Source of the DNA: Verrucomicrobiaceae bacterium
Lineage (GTDB): Bacteria > Verrucomicrobiota > Verrucomicrobiia > Verrucomicrobiales > V1-33
Direction: 5' to 3'
DNA: 55,096 nucleotides
NCBI GenBank assembly: GCA_027486335.1
Contig: JAIXPK010000571.1
Span: forward strand, 1-55,096
Below are positions 30,089 to 39,096 of this stretch, piece by piece (positions within the stretch are counted from its first letter, which is position 1; each line of letters begins with the position of its first letter). The notes under the pieces are model-generated. The model had not been told where the DNA came from. It searched no databases and saw nothing but the letters and a program-made list of their open reading frames with translations. The position numbers and the translations under genes are program-made.

Positions 30089-30179
30089 AGTCCCACCACT
30101 ATGGAACCCAGAGACCACTCCTTCAATCTCAGGAATCCAACCCGACCACGCCATCCAATTGCACCCGCCCATCATCTCG

Positions 30180-30678
30180 AGCTTTCCCCCGCGGAAACGC
30201 CATGCACCGTACCCCCGTGCCTCCAACCGCCGTCCCAGCACCTTCACCCGCCTGCCCTCAATGCGGCGGCTCCATCGCCGTCACCCCGCTCGGCCCTCAG
30301 TGCCCGCAATGCCTCTTCGCCTCCATCGCCGGAGACGCCATCGAACCTCCCTCCGGCAGCCGCAGTTTCGGCGAATACGAACTCCTCGATGTCCTCGGCC
30401 GCGGCGGCATGGGCGTCGTCTACCGCGCATGGCAACCCGCCCTCCAGCGCTCCGTCGCCCTCAAACTCCTCCTCGCAGGCCCCTTCGCCTCACCCGATTT
30501 CGCCCGCCGCTTCCGCCGCGAAGCCCAGGCCGCCGCACGCCTCCGCCACCACGGCATCGTCACCGTCTTCGACCTCGGCGACTGCGACGGCCAACCCTAC
30601 TACACCATGGAACTCATCGAGGGCAGCACCCTCGCCGATTCCGTCCGCTCCGGTCTCCCCTCCCCCGCCACCGCCGCC
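30180..30678 (+). repeat. ~500-bp direct repeat, copy 1 (kinase 5' region)
   Basis: Near-identical by eye to 32639-33140. Confidence 0.95.
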
Positions 30679-30816
30679 CACGCCGCCGAATAACAAGCCA
30701 CCGCCGCCACAAAACGCCTCGTCCCCAACGCCGCTTCCGCACTCCCACCCATCCCCGGTGGCCTGCCCCCCGGCGAAGCCGTCGCATCCATCGTCGTCAC
30801 CACTAGCCCGAAATGA
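30202..30816 (+). pseudogene. deleted/chimeric copy of the Ser/Thr kinase gene
   Basis: Kinase N-lobe only (LGRGGMGVVY, VALK, YYTMELIEG), then jumps to sequence matching 33794-33826, has TAA at 30691, and ends with an unrelated in-frame tail to TGA 30816. Confidence 0.88.
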
Positions 30817-30855
30817 ACCGCCGTCCCCCCTGAGAGACAGCCTTCCCACCACCCC

Positions 30856-32472
30856 ATGAAAACCATCTTCCTGGCCCTTCTCTTCGCCCTCCCGGCTGCC
30901 GCCGCCGATCGGGTCGCCCTCGTCATCGGGAACACCATCTACGATCCTGCCAAACCGAAAGGCACGGCCCCGAATCTCATCACCGCTGACAACGATGCGA
31001 AGGCTCTCGCCGTGCTTTTGGAAAAAACCCTCGCCTTCAAAGTCATCCTGAAAACCGATGCGGCCCTCAATGACATGGCCGATGCAGTGGAGGAATTCAA
31101 AGCCGAAGCCGCGTCCGCAAAAGTCGTCCTCGTCTTCTATGCGGGCCACGGCATCGAGAGTGCCTCGCTAGGGGATAACTTCCTGCTCCCCGTCCAGGCG
31201 AAGCTGGTAAAGGAAGCTCACCTGAAAACCGAAGCATACCCGCTCAAGACTCTGCTGTCCGACGTCCAGCAGCTCTCCGCCGCCACCCGGCTCGTCATCC
31301 TCGACTGCTGCCGGAACAATCCCCTCGAAGGCAGGGCATGGTACGACGCGGAACGCCCCCAGAACGAATACGGCCGCGGTCTCGCCGCCGTCGATTCCAA
31401 GGCGCTTGACCAGTCCACCATGGTCGTGTTCTCCGCCGCCCCGGGAAAACCGGCCAAGGACCGCCTTCTCACCACGGACCTCCACAGCCCATTCGCCGAA
31501 GTACTCATGGCGAAACTCATGGAGTCCGGCAAAAGCTGCGCCCAGATCTTCGGCGAAGTCGAGGAAGCCGTGTTCCTGAAAACCAGCGAGCAGCAACGCC
31601 CGAAAACGTTCCTCAATGGCAATCTCGCCACGTTCACTAGCTTTGTCTTCCGCCCAGGAGGCGGATCGCCTCAGCCGGATGCCGCCACAACCTTCACCAA
31701 TTCGCTGGGCATGAAGTTCGTCCCAGTGCCCGGCACGGAGGTGCTCTTCTGCATCCACGAGACCCGCAGCAAGGATTACGCCGCCTTCACGGCCGACGGG
31801 AATCGTGGTTACACCATGAGAGGGGACAATGCGGAGGAGTGGATGACCGGAGATTTCAGTAAAGTTCCCGTGGGCCGTGGTTCCGGAGAGAAGGCAGAAC
31901 AAAGCGACCATCCAGTGGCCAACGTATCGTGGCTCGACGCCATGGCCTTCTGCGACTGGCTCTCGAAAAAAGAGGGGAAAACCTACCGTCTCCCAACGGA
32001 CCGGGAGTGGAGCGTGGCGGTCGGCATCCCGCAGGAAGGTAACGGGACGCCCAAAGCACTCGATTCCAAGATTGCCGACGTGTATCCATGGGGCGGCGGT
32101 TTCGTGGCGGCTTCCATGCAGGGGAACTATGGGGACTCTACCGCCGAGGCGAAGGGAACCGGGCTCAGCTTTATCAATGGATACCGCGATGGATTTGCCA
32201 CCACGGCACCGGTGATGAGTTTTCCGGCGAACAAGTTCGGACTGTACGACATGGGGGGAAATCTATGGGAATGGTGTTCCGGATGCTTCGACGGGACAGA
32301 TCCCACCGGGAAGTACCGCTCGCTGGCGGATTCCCGCATGGCGCGGGGCGGGTCGTGGCTCAATTTTGATTCCTCGGATCTGCTCTCCTCGTGTCGCATC
32401 TTCGGTCGTCCCTCGCTTCGAAGCGGCAACCGCGGGTTTCGCGTGGTGTTGGTTGGGCGGTCCGGCGGCTAG
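30856..32472 (+). CDS. secreted caspase-family (peptidase C14) protein with C-terminal FGE-sulfatase/CLec domain
   Basis: Signal peptide; RVALVIGN; FYAGHG and ILDCCRNNP catalytic dyad; FTNSLGMKFVPVP, HPVANVSW, YRLPTDREW, GLYDMGGNLWEW, RGGSW...GFRVV. Confidence 0.93.
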   Translation: MKTIFLALLFALPAAAADRVALVIGNTIYDPAKPKGTAPNLITADNDAKALAVLLEKTLAFKVILKTDAALNDMADAVEEFKAEAASAKVVLVFYAGHGIESASLGDNFLLPVQAKLVKEAHLKTEAYPLKTLLSDVQQLSAATRLVILDCCRNNPLEGRAWYDAERPQNEYGRGLAAVDSKALDQSTMVVFSAAPGKPAKDRLLTTDLHSPFAEVLMAKLMESGKSCAQIFGEVEEAVFLKTSEQQRPKTFLNGNLATFTSFVFRPGGGSPQPDAATTFTNSLGMKFVPVPGTEVLFCIHETRSKDYAAFTADGNRGYTMRGDNAEEWMTGDFSKVPVGRGSGEKAEQSDHPVANVSWLDAMAFCDWLSKKEGKTYRLPTDREWSVAVGIPQEGNGTPKALDSKIADVYPWGGGFVAASMQGNYGDSTAEAKGTGLSFINGYRDGFATTAPVMSFPANKFGLYDMGGNLWEWCSGCFDGTDPTGKYRSLADSRMARGGSWLNFDSSDLLSSCRIFGRPSLRSGNRGFRVVLVGRSGG

Positions 32473-32530
32473 GCTCCTACCCTTTGCCTTTTTACCTTTC
32501 TTTGCCTTTGGCTCCGCGCAGCAGCGGAAA
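32344..32530 (+). other. putative DGR variable region plus downstream pyrimidine tract and hairpin
   Basis: Between RGGSW and GFRVV the usually Asn-templated positions are varied codons ending in C/T; followed by CCTTTGCCTTTTTACCTTTCTTTGCCTTTGG and TCCGC-GCAGCA-GCGGA. Confidence 0.6.
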
Positions 32531-32638
32531 AAATCTGGGAAATCCGCGCTATCACAAATAGGCACGCGGCACTGGCGTCGCAACGCACACCAACCGGTGA
32601 TTGAACACGGTCCGCGAACCACCCGCGGGCCATTCTCC

Positions 32639-33140
32639 AGCTTTCCCCCGCCGAAACGCCATGCACCATACCCCCGTGCCCCAACCGCTGCCAGCACCTT
32701 CCCCTTCACCCGCCTGCCCACAGTGCGGCGGCCCCATCGCCGTCACTCCCCTCGGCCCTCAGTGCCCGCAATGCCTCTTCGCCTCCATCGCCGGAGACGC
32801 CATCGAACCTCCCTCCGGCAGCCGCAGCTTCGGCGAATACGAACTCCTCGACGTCCTCGGCCGCGGCGGCATGGGCGTCGTCTACCGCGCATGGCAACCC
32901 GCCCTCCAGCGCTCCGTCGCCCTCAAACTCCTCCTCGCCGGCCCCTTCGCCTCTCCCGATTTCGCCCGCCGCTTCCGCCGCGAAGCCCAGGCCGCCGCCC
33001 GCCTCCGCCACCACGGCATCGTCACCGTCTTCGACCTCGGCGATTGCGACGGCCAACCCTACTACACCATGGAACTCATCGAGGGCAGCACCCTCGCCGA
33101 TTCCCTCCGCTCCGGTCTCCCCTCCCCCGCCACCGCCGCC
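32639..33140 (+). repeat. ~500-bp direct repeat, copy 2
   Basis: Near-identical to 30180-30678. Confidence 0.95.
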
Positions 33141-36100
33141 AGCCTCCTCGAAAAAACCTCCCGCGCCGTCGCCCACGCCCACCAGCAGGGCGTCCTCCAC
33201 CGCGACCTCAAACCTTCTAACATCCTCCTCACCGCCGACGGCGAACCCCGCGTCGCCGACTTCGGCCTCGCCCGCTTCCCCGACGCCCCCGACGACCCCC
33301 AACTCACCCTCTCCACCAGTCTCCTCGGTTCCCCGGCCTACATGGCCCCGGAACTCGCCACCGGCCAACCCGCCACCACCGCCTCCGACATCTACGCCCT
33401 CGGAGCCGTCCTCTACGAACTCCTCACCGGCCGGCCACCCCACCTAGGCAGCAGCCCGCAGGAAATCCTCTCACACGTCCGCGATTCCCCCATCGTCGAC
33501 CCTCGCCGCCTCAACCCTTCCCTCCCCCGCGACCTCGAAACAGTCTGCCTCAAATGCCTCGACCGCGACCCCGACCGCCGCTACGCATCTGCCTCCGCCC
33601 TAGCCGATGACCTCGACCGCTTCGCCCGCCGCGAACCCGTCCTCGCCCGCCCCGTCAGCGCCTTCGGCAAGACATGGCGCTGGTGCCGTCGCTACCCGGC
33701 CCTCGCCAGCGCCCTGACACTTTCCGCCGCCGCACTCGTCGCCGTCGCCATCGTCCTGGCAATTTCCTCGCAACACCAGAAGCGCTCCGCCGACGCCGCC
33801 CGCGCCGCCGAAAAACAAGCCACCGCTCAGCTCCACGCCTCCCTCATCGATCAAGCCCGCGCCGCCCTCCTCTCCACCGACGGCAACCGTCGCTTCCAAT
33901 CCCTCAATCTCCTCCGTAAAGCCAAAGCCCTCGCGCCCTCACCGGACATCGAACGTCTCGCCCTGGCCGCTCTCGCCATCCCCGGCCTCCGCCTCGATCA
34001 AACCCACAACGCCGGCCCCGACGCCCTCCCCCACCCAGCCCCCCTCGGCAACGCATGGTCCGTCCTCTCACACTTCCCCGATCACAGCTCCGTCCAGATC
34101 TTTTTCCCTGACAACTCCCCACCATCCTCGCCTCTCAACCTCCCTCCCGCCCGCGAATTCTCCCGCGCCCCGCTCTCCCCGCTCCTCTCCATGCTCGCCT
34201 TCGAGGGCCGCGACCAATCCCTCCGCGTCTTCCGCCGCTCCGACCAAGCCTGCATCCTCACCGCTCCCCAAACCCGCTGGGCCGCCTTCGCCCCCGACGA
34301 ATCCGCCATCCTCGGCTTCAAAGACGGTAAACTCCTCCGCTTCCTCCTCCCCTCAGGCCTCCCCGACCCCGCATGGTCATCCCCTCGCGCCGACCCGCTC
34401 CTCTACACCCCCCTATCAGAAGTCGTCTTCTCCCCTGACGGCAAATCCCTCGCCACCGCCGGCTCCCAGCGCTCCGCACAACTCCTCGACGCCGTCACCG
34501 GCCAGCGGCTCTGGCGCACCCGCATCCCCGGCAATATCCACTCGTTCGCATGGCACCCTCAGCGGCCAGTCCTCGCCATCATCTGTCAGGACGAAATCGT
34601 CTTCTGCGACGCCTCCTCAGGCCTCCGCACCGGCGGCTGGTCCACCCGCGCCACCGGCGATGTCCTCACCGCCGCCTTCAGCCCCGACGGCCACCTCCTT
34701 CTCACCGCCGGTTGGGACGGCATGGTTCGTCTCCACGACTGGGAACACGCCACCCTCCTCGCCGCCACCCCAGGCATCGGCTCCACCGCCACATGGTCAC
34801 AGGACGGCCTCGGCGTCCTCATCGCCGACACCAACTCGCTCTATCAATGGACCGCCCTCCCCGGCACCGGCCTCTCCACCCTCGGCCGCAAATCCCGCGC
34901 CCGCGCCGTCGAAGCCACGCTCCAATCCTTCGCCTTCGATCGCTCCAGCCGCTGGCTCGCCATCATCAACGGACCTTCCATCGAATGGTGGTCCGCCGAC
35001 GGCCGCCGACGCATGGCCTCCATCCCCTCAGGCCCTGTTTCCTCACTCGCCTTCCACCCTAACGCCGATCTCCTCGTCGTCTCCTCACCGTCCGGCTTCG
35101 CAGGATACCCATGGCGCGAATCCAACAACTCTCTCCTCATCGACCCCGCCCTGACGCTCTGGTCCGGCGGCGACGCCAAACTCTTCTCCTTCAACCCCGA
35201 CGGCTCACGCGTCGCCACATGGTCCGCCTCCCGCTCCCAGCCAGGCAGCGTCCGGCTCCGCTTCCTCCGCACCGGCAACCCATGGCAAGTCACCGCCACC
35301 ACCGATGTCTATAACACCGGCCGCGGCCCGCGCTGGAGCCCCGACAGCCGCTTCATCGCCGACCACTCATGGCACGGCCCCTCCGTCCAGGTCTGGAACC
35401 CGGACGACGGCTCCGAAGTCTTCGGCGGCCCCGTCTCCTCCTCATGGAGCGGTGCCCACTGGTCCCCGGACGGCCTCCTCTGGTCCGCCACCACCTACGG
35501 CGAATCCACCTTCTCCCCCGGCTCGTGGACCGCCTCCCCACTCTCCCCTTCCCCACTCGGCCTCATCCACGCCGCCGCCTTCTCCCCGCTCGGCCTCAAA
35601 GCCACCGCACCCGGCGACCTCGGCGACCTCGCCCTCGAATCATGGCCCGCCCGCCAACCGCTCGTCACATGGCGCCCCGCCCCGGACACCGTCATCCATT
35701 CTCTAGCCTTCTCTAATGACGCCCGACGCCTCGCCATGTCCACCGCCGATGGCCACATCCGGCTCTGGAACCTCGCCGCCTCCGCCGCCGCCCTCCACAA
35801 CGCCGGATTCTCATGGACCGGCCCACCACTCTCCATCCCTAACCTCCCAGAAATCCCTTCCGCCGCCTCCGTCTCCACCCACCCGCCTCTCCCCATCGTC
35901 CCCTCGCCCCCACGCGACCCCGCCACCCCGCCGGAATGCCTCGACCTCTCCCCCGTCGCCAATCTCCAGCTCTCCACCGCATGGTCCAGCGATCCTCTCG
36001 ACCCCAACGCTCCGACGTGGGGCTTCGGTCAACTCTCCCCCGGCACCCACCGCTGGCACGGCATCCCCTTCGACGTCCGCTCCGCCATCCGCCTCGCCGG

Positions 36101-36515
36101 CGGCGGTCTCCTCCTCCGCAATCCCTCCCTGCCCCTCGCCACCAGCATCCCCATCACCAACCTCAAGGCCTCCCGTCTCCACTTCGCCATCGGCTCCATC
36201 ACCGATACCGACGCTGCCACCGTCATCGGTCACCTCATCGTCCACCACGCCTCCGGCTGGCGCTCTGCCATCCCCCTCACCTCCGGCGAATGCGTCAACG
36301 GCTCCCTCCTCACCACCGACGAAGAACCCATCCTAACCGCCCCCTCCCGCATCGGATGGCAATCGCCCGCACCCAGCCTCCCCAATCACCGCACGCTCAT
36401 CTACCAGTCCTCATGGGTGAATCCATGGCCCGCAGAACCCATCACCGCCATCACTTTCTCCTCCACCATGGAAACCGGCGGCCCCATCCTCTTCGCCATC
36501 ACCTCCGAACCCTGA
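32661..36515 (+). CDS. Ser/Thr protein kinase with TM segment, WD40 propeller and C-terminal beta domain
   Basis: CxxC-CxxC N-terminus; GRGGMG, HRDLKPSN, DFGLAR, YMAPE, DIYALG; WD40-like FSPDG/AGWDG/IRLWN. Confidence 0.93.
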   Translation: MHHTPVPQPLPAPSPSPACPQCGGPIAVTPLGPQCPQCLFASIAGDAIEPPSGSRSFGEYELLDVLGRGGMGVVYRAWQPALQRSVALKLLLAGPFASPDFARRFRREAQAAARLRHHGIVTVFDLGDCDGQPYYTMELIEGSTLADSLRSGLPSPATAASLLEKTSRAVAHAHQQGVLHRDLKPSNILLTADGEPRVADFGLARFPDAPDDPQLTLSTSLLGSPAYMAPELATGQPATTASDIYALGAVLYELLTGRPPHLGSSPQEILSHVRDSPIVDPRRLNPSLPRDLETVCLKCLDRDPDRRYASASALADDLDRFARREPVLARPVSAFGKTWRWCRRYPALASALTLSAAALVAVAIVLAISSQHQKRSADAARAAEKQATAQLHASLIDQARAALLSTDGNRRFQSLNLLRKAKALAPSPDIERLALAALAIPGLRLDQTHNAGPDALPHPAPLGNAWSVLSHFPDHSSVQIFFPDNSPPSSPLNLPPAREFSRAPLSPLLSMLAFEGRDQSLRVFRRSDQACILTAPQTRWAAFAPDESAILGFKDGKLLRFLLPSGLPDPAWSSPRADPLLYTPLSEVVFSPDGKSLATAGSQRSAQLLDAVTGQRLWRTRIPGNIHSFAWHPQRPVLAIICQDEIVFCDASSGLRTGGWSTRATGDVLTAAFSPDGHLLLTAGWDGMVRLHDWEHATLLAATPGIGSTATWSQDGLGVLIADTNSLYQWTALPGTGLSTLGRKSRARAVEATLQSFAFDRSSRWLAIINGPSIEWWSADGRRRMASIPSGPVSSLAFHPNADLLVVSSPSGFAGYPWRESNNSLLIDPALTLWSGGDAKLFSFNPDGSRVATWSASRSQPGSVRLRFLRTGNPWQVTATTDVYNTGRGPRWSPDSRFIADHSWHGPSVQVWNPDDGSEVFGGPVSSSWSGAHWSPDGLLWSATTYGESTFSPGSWTASPLSPSPLGLIHAAAFSPLGLKATAPGDLGDLALESWPARQPLVTWRPAPDTVIHSLAFSNDARRLAMSTADGHIRLWNLAASAAALHNAGFSWTGPPLSIPNLPEIPSAASVSTHPPLPIVPSPPRDPATPPECLDLSPVANLQLSTAWSSDPLDPNAPTWGFGQLSPGTHRWHGIPFDVRSAIRLAGGGLLLRNPSLPLATSIPITNLKASRLHFAIGSITDTDAATVIGHLIVHHASGWRSAIPLTSGECVNGSLLTTDEEPILTAPSRIGWQSPAPSLPNHRTLIYQSSWVNPWPAEPITAITFSSTMETGGPILFAITSEP

Positions 36516-36519
36516 CAAC

Positions 36520-38703
36520 TCACCGCTTCCGCCCGCCCGCCGCCTTCTTCCCGCCCTTCCCGCCCTTCCCGCCCTTCCGGTAACTCACGGGCTGCACCGC
36601 CGGCAACCCCGCCCCGCTCTGCAATTCCCGGATCTGATCCCTCAACAACGCCGCCCTCTCAAACTCCAGCGCCGCACTCGCTTCCATCATCTCCACCTGC
36701 AATTGCGCCACCACCTCCGCCACATCCTCATCCCCGCCACGCTCCGCCACCTTCCCATCCGTCCCCTCCGTCGCCGCCATCTTCAGAGTCTCCTGCATCT
36801 TCCGCTGCACCGGCATCGGCACCAATCCCCGCTCCTCATTGTACGCCATCTGCATCCGCCGGTGATAGGTCGTGATCCCGATCAGCGCCTGAATGCTCTT
36901 CGTCATCACATCCGCAAACAAGATCACCTCCCCATTCACATGCCGCGCCGCACGACCCGCCGTCTGAATCAGGCTCGTCTCGCTCCTCAGATACCCTTCC
37001 TTGTCCGCATCCAGAATGCACACCAGTGACACCTCCGGCAGATCCAATCCCTCCCGCAGCAGGTTGATCCCCACCAGAATATCAAACTCCCCAGCCCGCA
37101 GCCCCCGCAAAATCTCCACCCGCTCGATCGCATTCACATCACTGTGAACATACCGCACCCGAAGATTCACACCCCTCAGATAATCCGTCAGATCCTCCGC
37201 CGTCCGCTTTGTTAGCGTCGTCACCAGCACCCGCTCCCCTCGCTCCACCCGCAACCGGCACTGCTCGATCGTCTCGTCAATCTGCCCCTTCAGCGGCTTC
37301 ATCGTGATCACAGGATCCAGCAATCCCGTCGGCCGGATGATCTGCTCCGCAATCAGCACTTTCCCAGGCGTAACCACATCAAACGTCTCCACCGGATCCG
37401 CCGTCCCCGAAATCCGCGGCGTCAGCGCAGGCACCGTCTCCCCTTCCCCGATCCTCGCCCTCAGATGCGGAATATACCCCTCATTCCCCACCACGCTGTT
37501 CTCCACCTCAAACCGAGCCGGCGTCGCACTCACATACAATATCTGCCCGGTCCGCGCCATGAACTCCGAAAACCTCAGCGGCCGGTTGTCCAGCGCACTC
37601 GGCAACCGGAACCCGAACTCCACCAGTGTCGACTTCCGGCTATGGTCCCCTTCATACATGCCGCCAATCTGCGGAATGCTCGCATGACTCTCATCCACAA
37701 TCAGCATGAAATCGTCAGGAAAGAAATCCAGCAGCGTGTACGGCGTCGCCCCGGGCTCACGCCCCGTCAGATGCCGGCTGTAATTCTCAATCCCCTGACA
37801 AAACCCCATCTCCCTCATCATCTCCAGATCATAATCTGTCCGCTGCCGGATCCGCTGCGCCTCCAGAAACTTCCCCTGCTCCTCAAACCACGCCACCCGC
37901 GCATCCAGTTCCTCACGAATACTCGTCTGCGCCGACCTCAGCTTCTCCGCCGCCGTCACAAACTGCTTCGCCGGATAAAACGTGAACGCCTCCACCACCT
38001 CCCTCGTGTTCCCAGTCAGCGGATCAAACACACTCAACCGGTCAATCTCATCGCCGAAAAACTCCACCCGCACACCGTCATTCTCCAGGCTCGCCGGCCA
38101 CACCTCCACCACATCTCCCCGCGCCCGAAACCTCCCGCGCTGAAACGCAATGTCATTCCGCTCATACAGCAGATCCACCAGTCGCTCCAGAAAATGCTCC
38201 CGCCTCATCTCCATCCCGCGCCTCACCGGAAACATCGCGTCCGCATAATCATCCGGTGACCCCAACCCGTAAATACAACTCACACTCGCCACGACTATCA
38301 CATCCTCCCTCGTCAGCAGCGCACTCATCGTGCTCAGCCTCAACCGCTCAATCTCGTCATTAATGCTCGAATCCTTCTCAATGTACGTGTCACTCCGCGG
38401 AATATAAGCCTCCGGCTGATAGTAATCAAAGTAACTCACAAAATATTCGACCGCATTCTCCGGAAAAAACTGCTTCAGCTCCGAATACAACTGCGCCGCA
38501 AGGGTCTTGTTGTGACTCATCAGCAGGGTCGGCTTCCCAGTCTCCGCCACCACGTTCGCCATCGTGAACGTCTTCCCCGACCCAGTCACCCCCAGCAGGG
38601 TCTGATGCTTGTTCCCAGCCCGCACCGACTTCACAAGCTTCGCAATCGCCTGCGCCTGGTCCCCGGACGGCGGATACGGTGAATGAAGTCGGAACGATGC
38701 CAC
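36520..38703 (-). CDS. uvrB: excinuclease ABC subunit B
   Basis: QTLLGVTGSGKT, HNKTLAAQL, FVSYFDYYQPEAY, VDESH, GINLLREGLDLPEV, QTAGRAAR, LEFERAALLRD. Confidence 0.98.
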   Translation of the reverse strand: MASFRLHSPYPPSGDQAQAIAKLVKSVRAGNKHQTLLGVTGSGKTFTMANVVAETGKPTLLMSHNKTLAAQLYSELKQFFPENAVEYFVSYFDYYQPEAYIPRSDTYIEKDSSINDEIERLRLSTMSALLTREDVIVVASVSCIYGLGSPDDYADAMFPVRRGMEMRREHFLERLVDLLYERNDIAFQRGRFRARGDVVEVWPASLENDGVRVEFFGDEIDRLSVFDPLTGNTREVVEAFTFYPAKQFVTAAEKLRSAQTSIREELDARVAWFEEQGKFLEAQRIRQRTDYDLEMMREMGFCQGIENYSRHLTGREPGATPYTLLDFFPDDFMLIVDESHASIPQIGGMYEGDHSRKSTLVEFGFRLPSALDNRPLRFSEFMARTGQILYVSATPARFEVENSVVGNEGYIPHLRARIGEGETVPALTPRISGTADPVETFDVVTPGKVLIAEQIIRPTGLLDPVITMKPLKGQIDETIEQCRLRVERGERVLVTTLTKRTAEDLTDYLRGVNLRVRYVHSDVNAIERVEILRGLRAGEFDILVGINLLREGLDLPEVSLVCILDADKEGYLRSETSLIQTAGRAARHVNGEVILFADVMTKSIQALIGITTYHRRMQMAYNEERGLVPMPVQRKMQETLKMAATEGTDGKVAERGGDEDVAEVVAQLQVEMMEASAALEFERAALLRDQIRELQSGAGLPAVQPVSYRKGGKGGKGGKKAAGGRKR

Positions 38704-38831
38704 AATCTCTGATCAGTTCCCTCCCCCATCCCCCCGTTCCCCCACCCACTCAACAAGGAAACCTCCACCCAAAAGCTTCTCCTTGCACCCGCCCCACTCC
38801 AGTGCTCTCTACCCTCGCAACTGCATCCCCT

Positions 38832-38917
38832 GCCGGAATGGTGGAATGGTAGACGCTACGGATTCAAAATCCGTTGCCCGCAAGGGCGTGTGGGTTCGAG
38901 TCCCACTTCCGGTACCA
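38832..38917 (+). tRNA. tRNA-Leu(CAA)
   Basis: Acceptor stem GCCGGAA/TTCCGGT; anticodon arm ACGGA-TTCAAAA-TCCGT; long variable arm; GGTTCGAGTCC; encoded CCA. Confidence 0.96.
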
Positions 38918-39096
38918 CCTCCTTCTCCCTCGCGTCCCGGTTGCGCTCCCCCATTGCCGTCGCCATCAGTACCCAAGGCCCGCAAAGTCGCGGTACCCGT
39001 CGTCCTCACTCTCGTGCGGGTTCGTGTCCCGCCTCCCGCTCAATTCGCACCGCTGGCCCACCTCGCTGCCCCAGCCCTTCCCATACACCCCTTTCC

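Noticed and set aside
32513-32533. Hairpin after the caspase gene as an intrinsic terminator
   Set aside because: It is followed by an A-tract on the + strand and by purines on the - strand, so there is no U-tract in either direction
36545-36580. CCGCCCTTC tandem repeat at the end of uvrB
   Set aside because: Simply encodes a GGK-repeat low-complexity tail; the 9-bp unit keeps the frame
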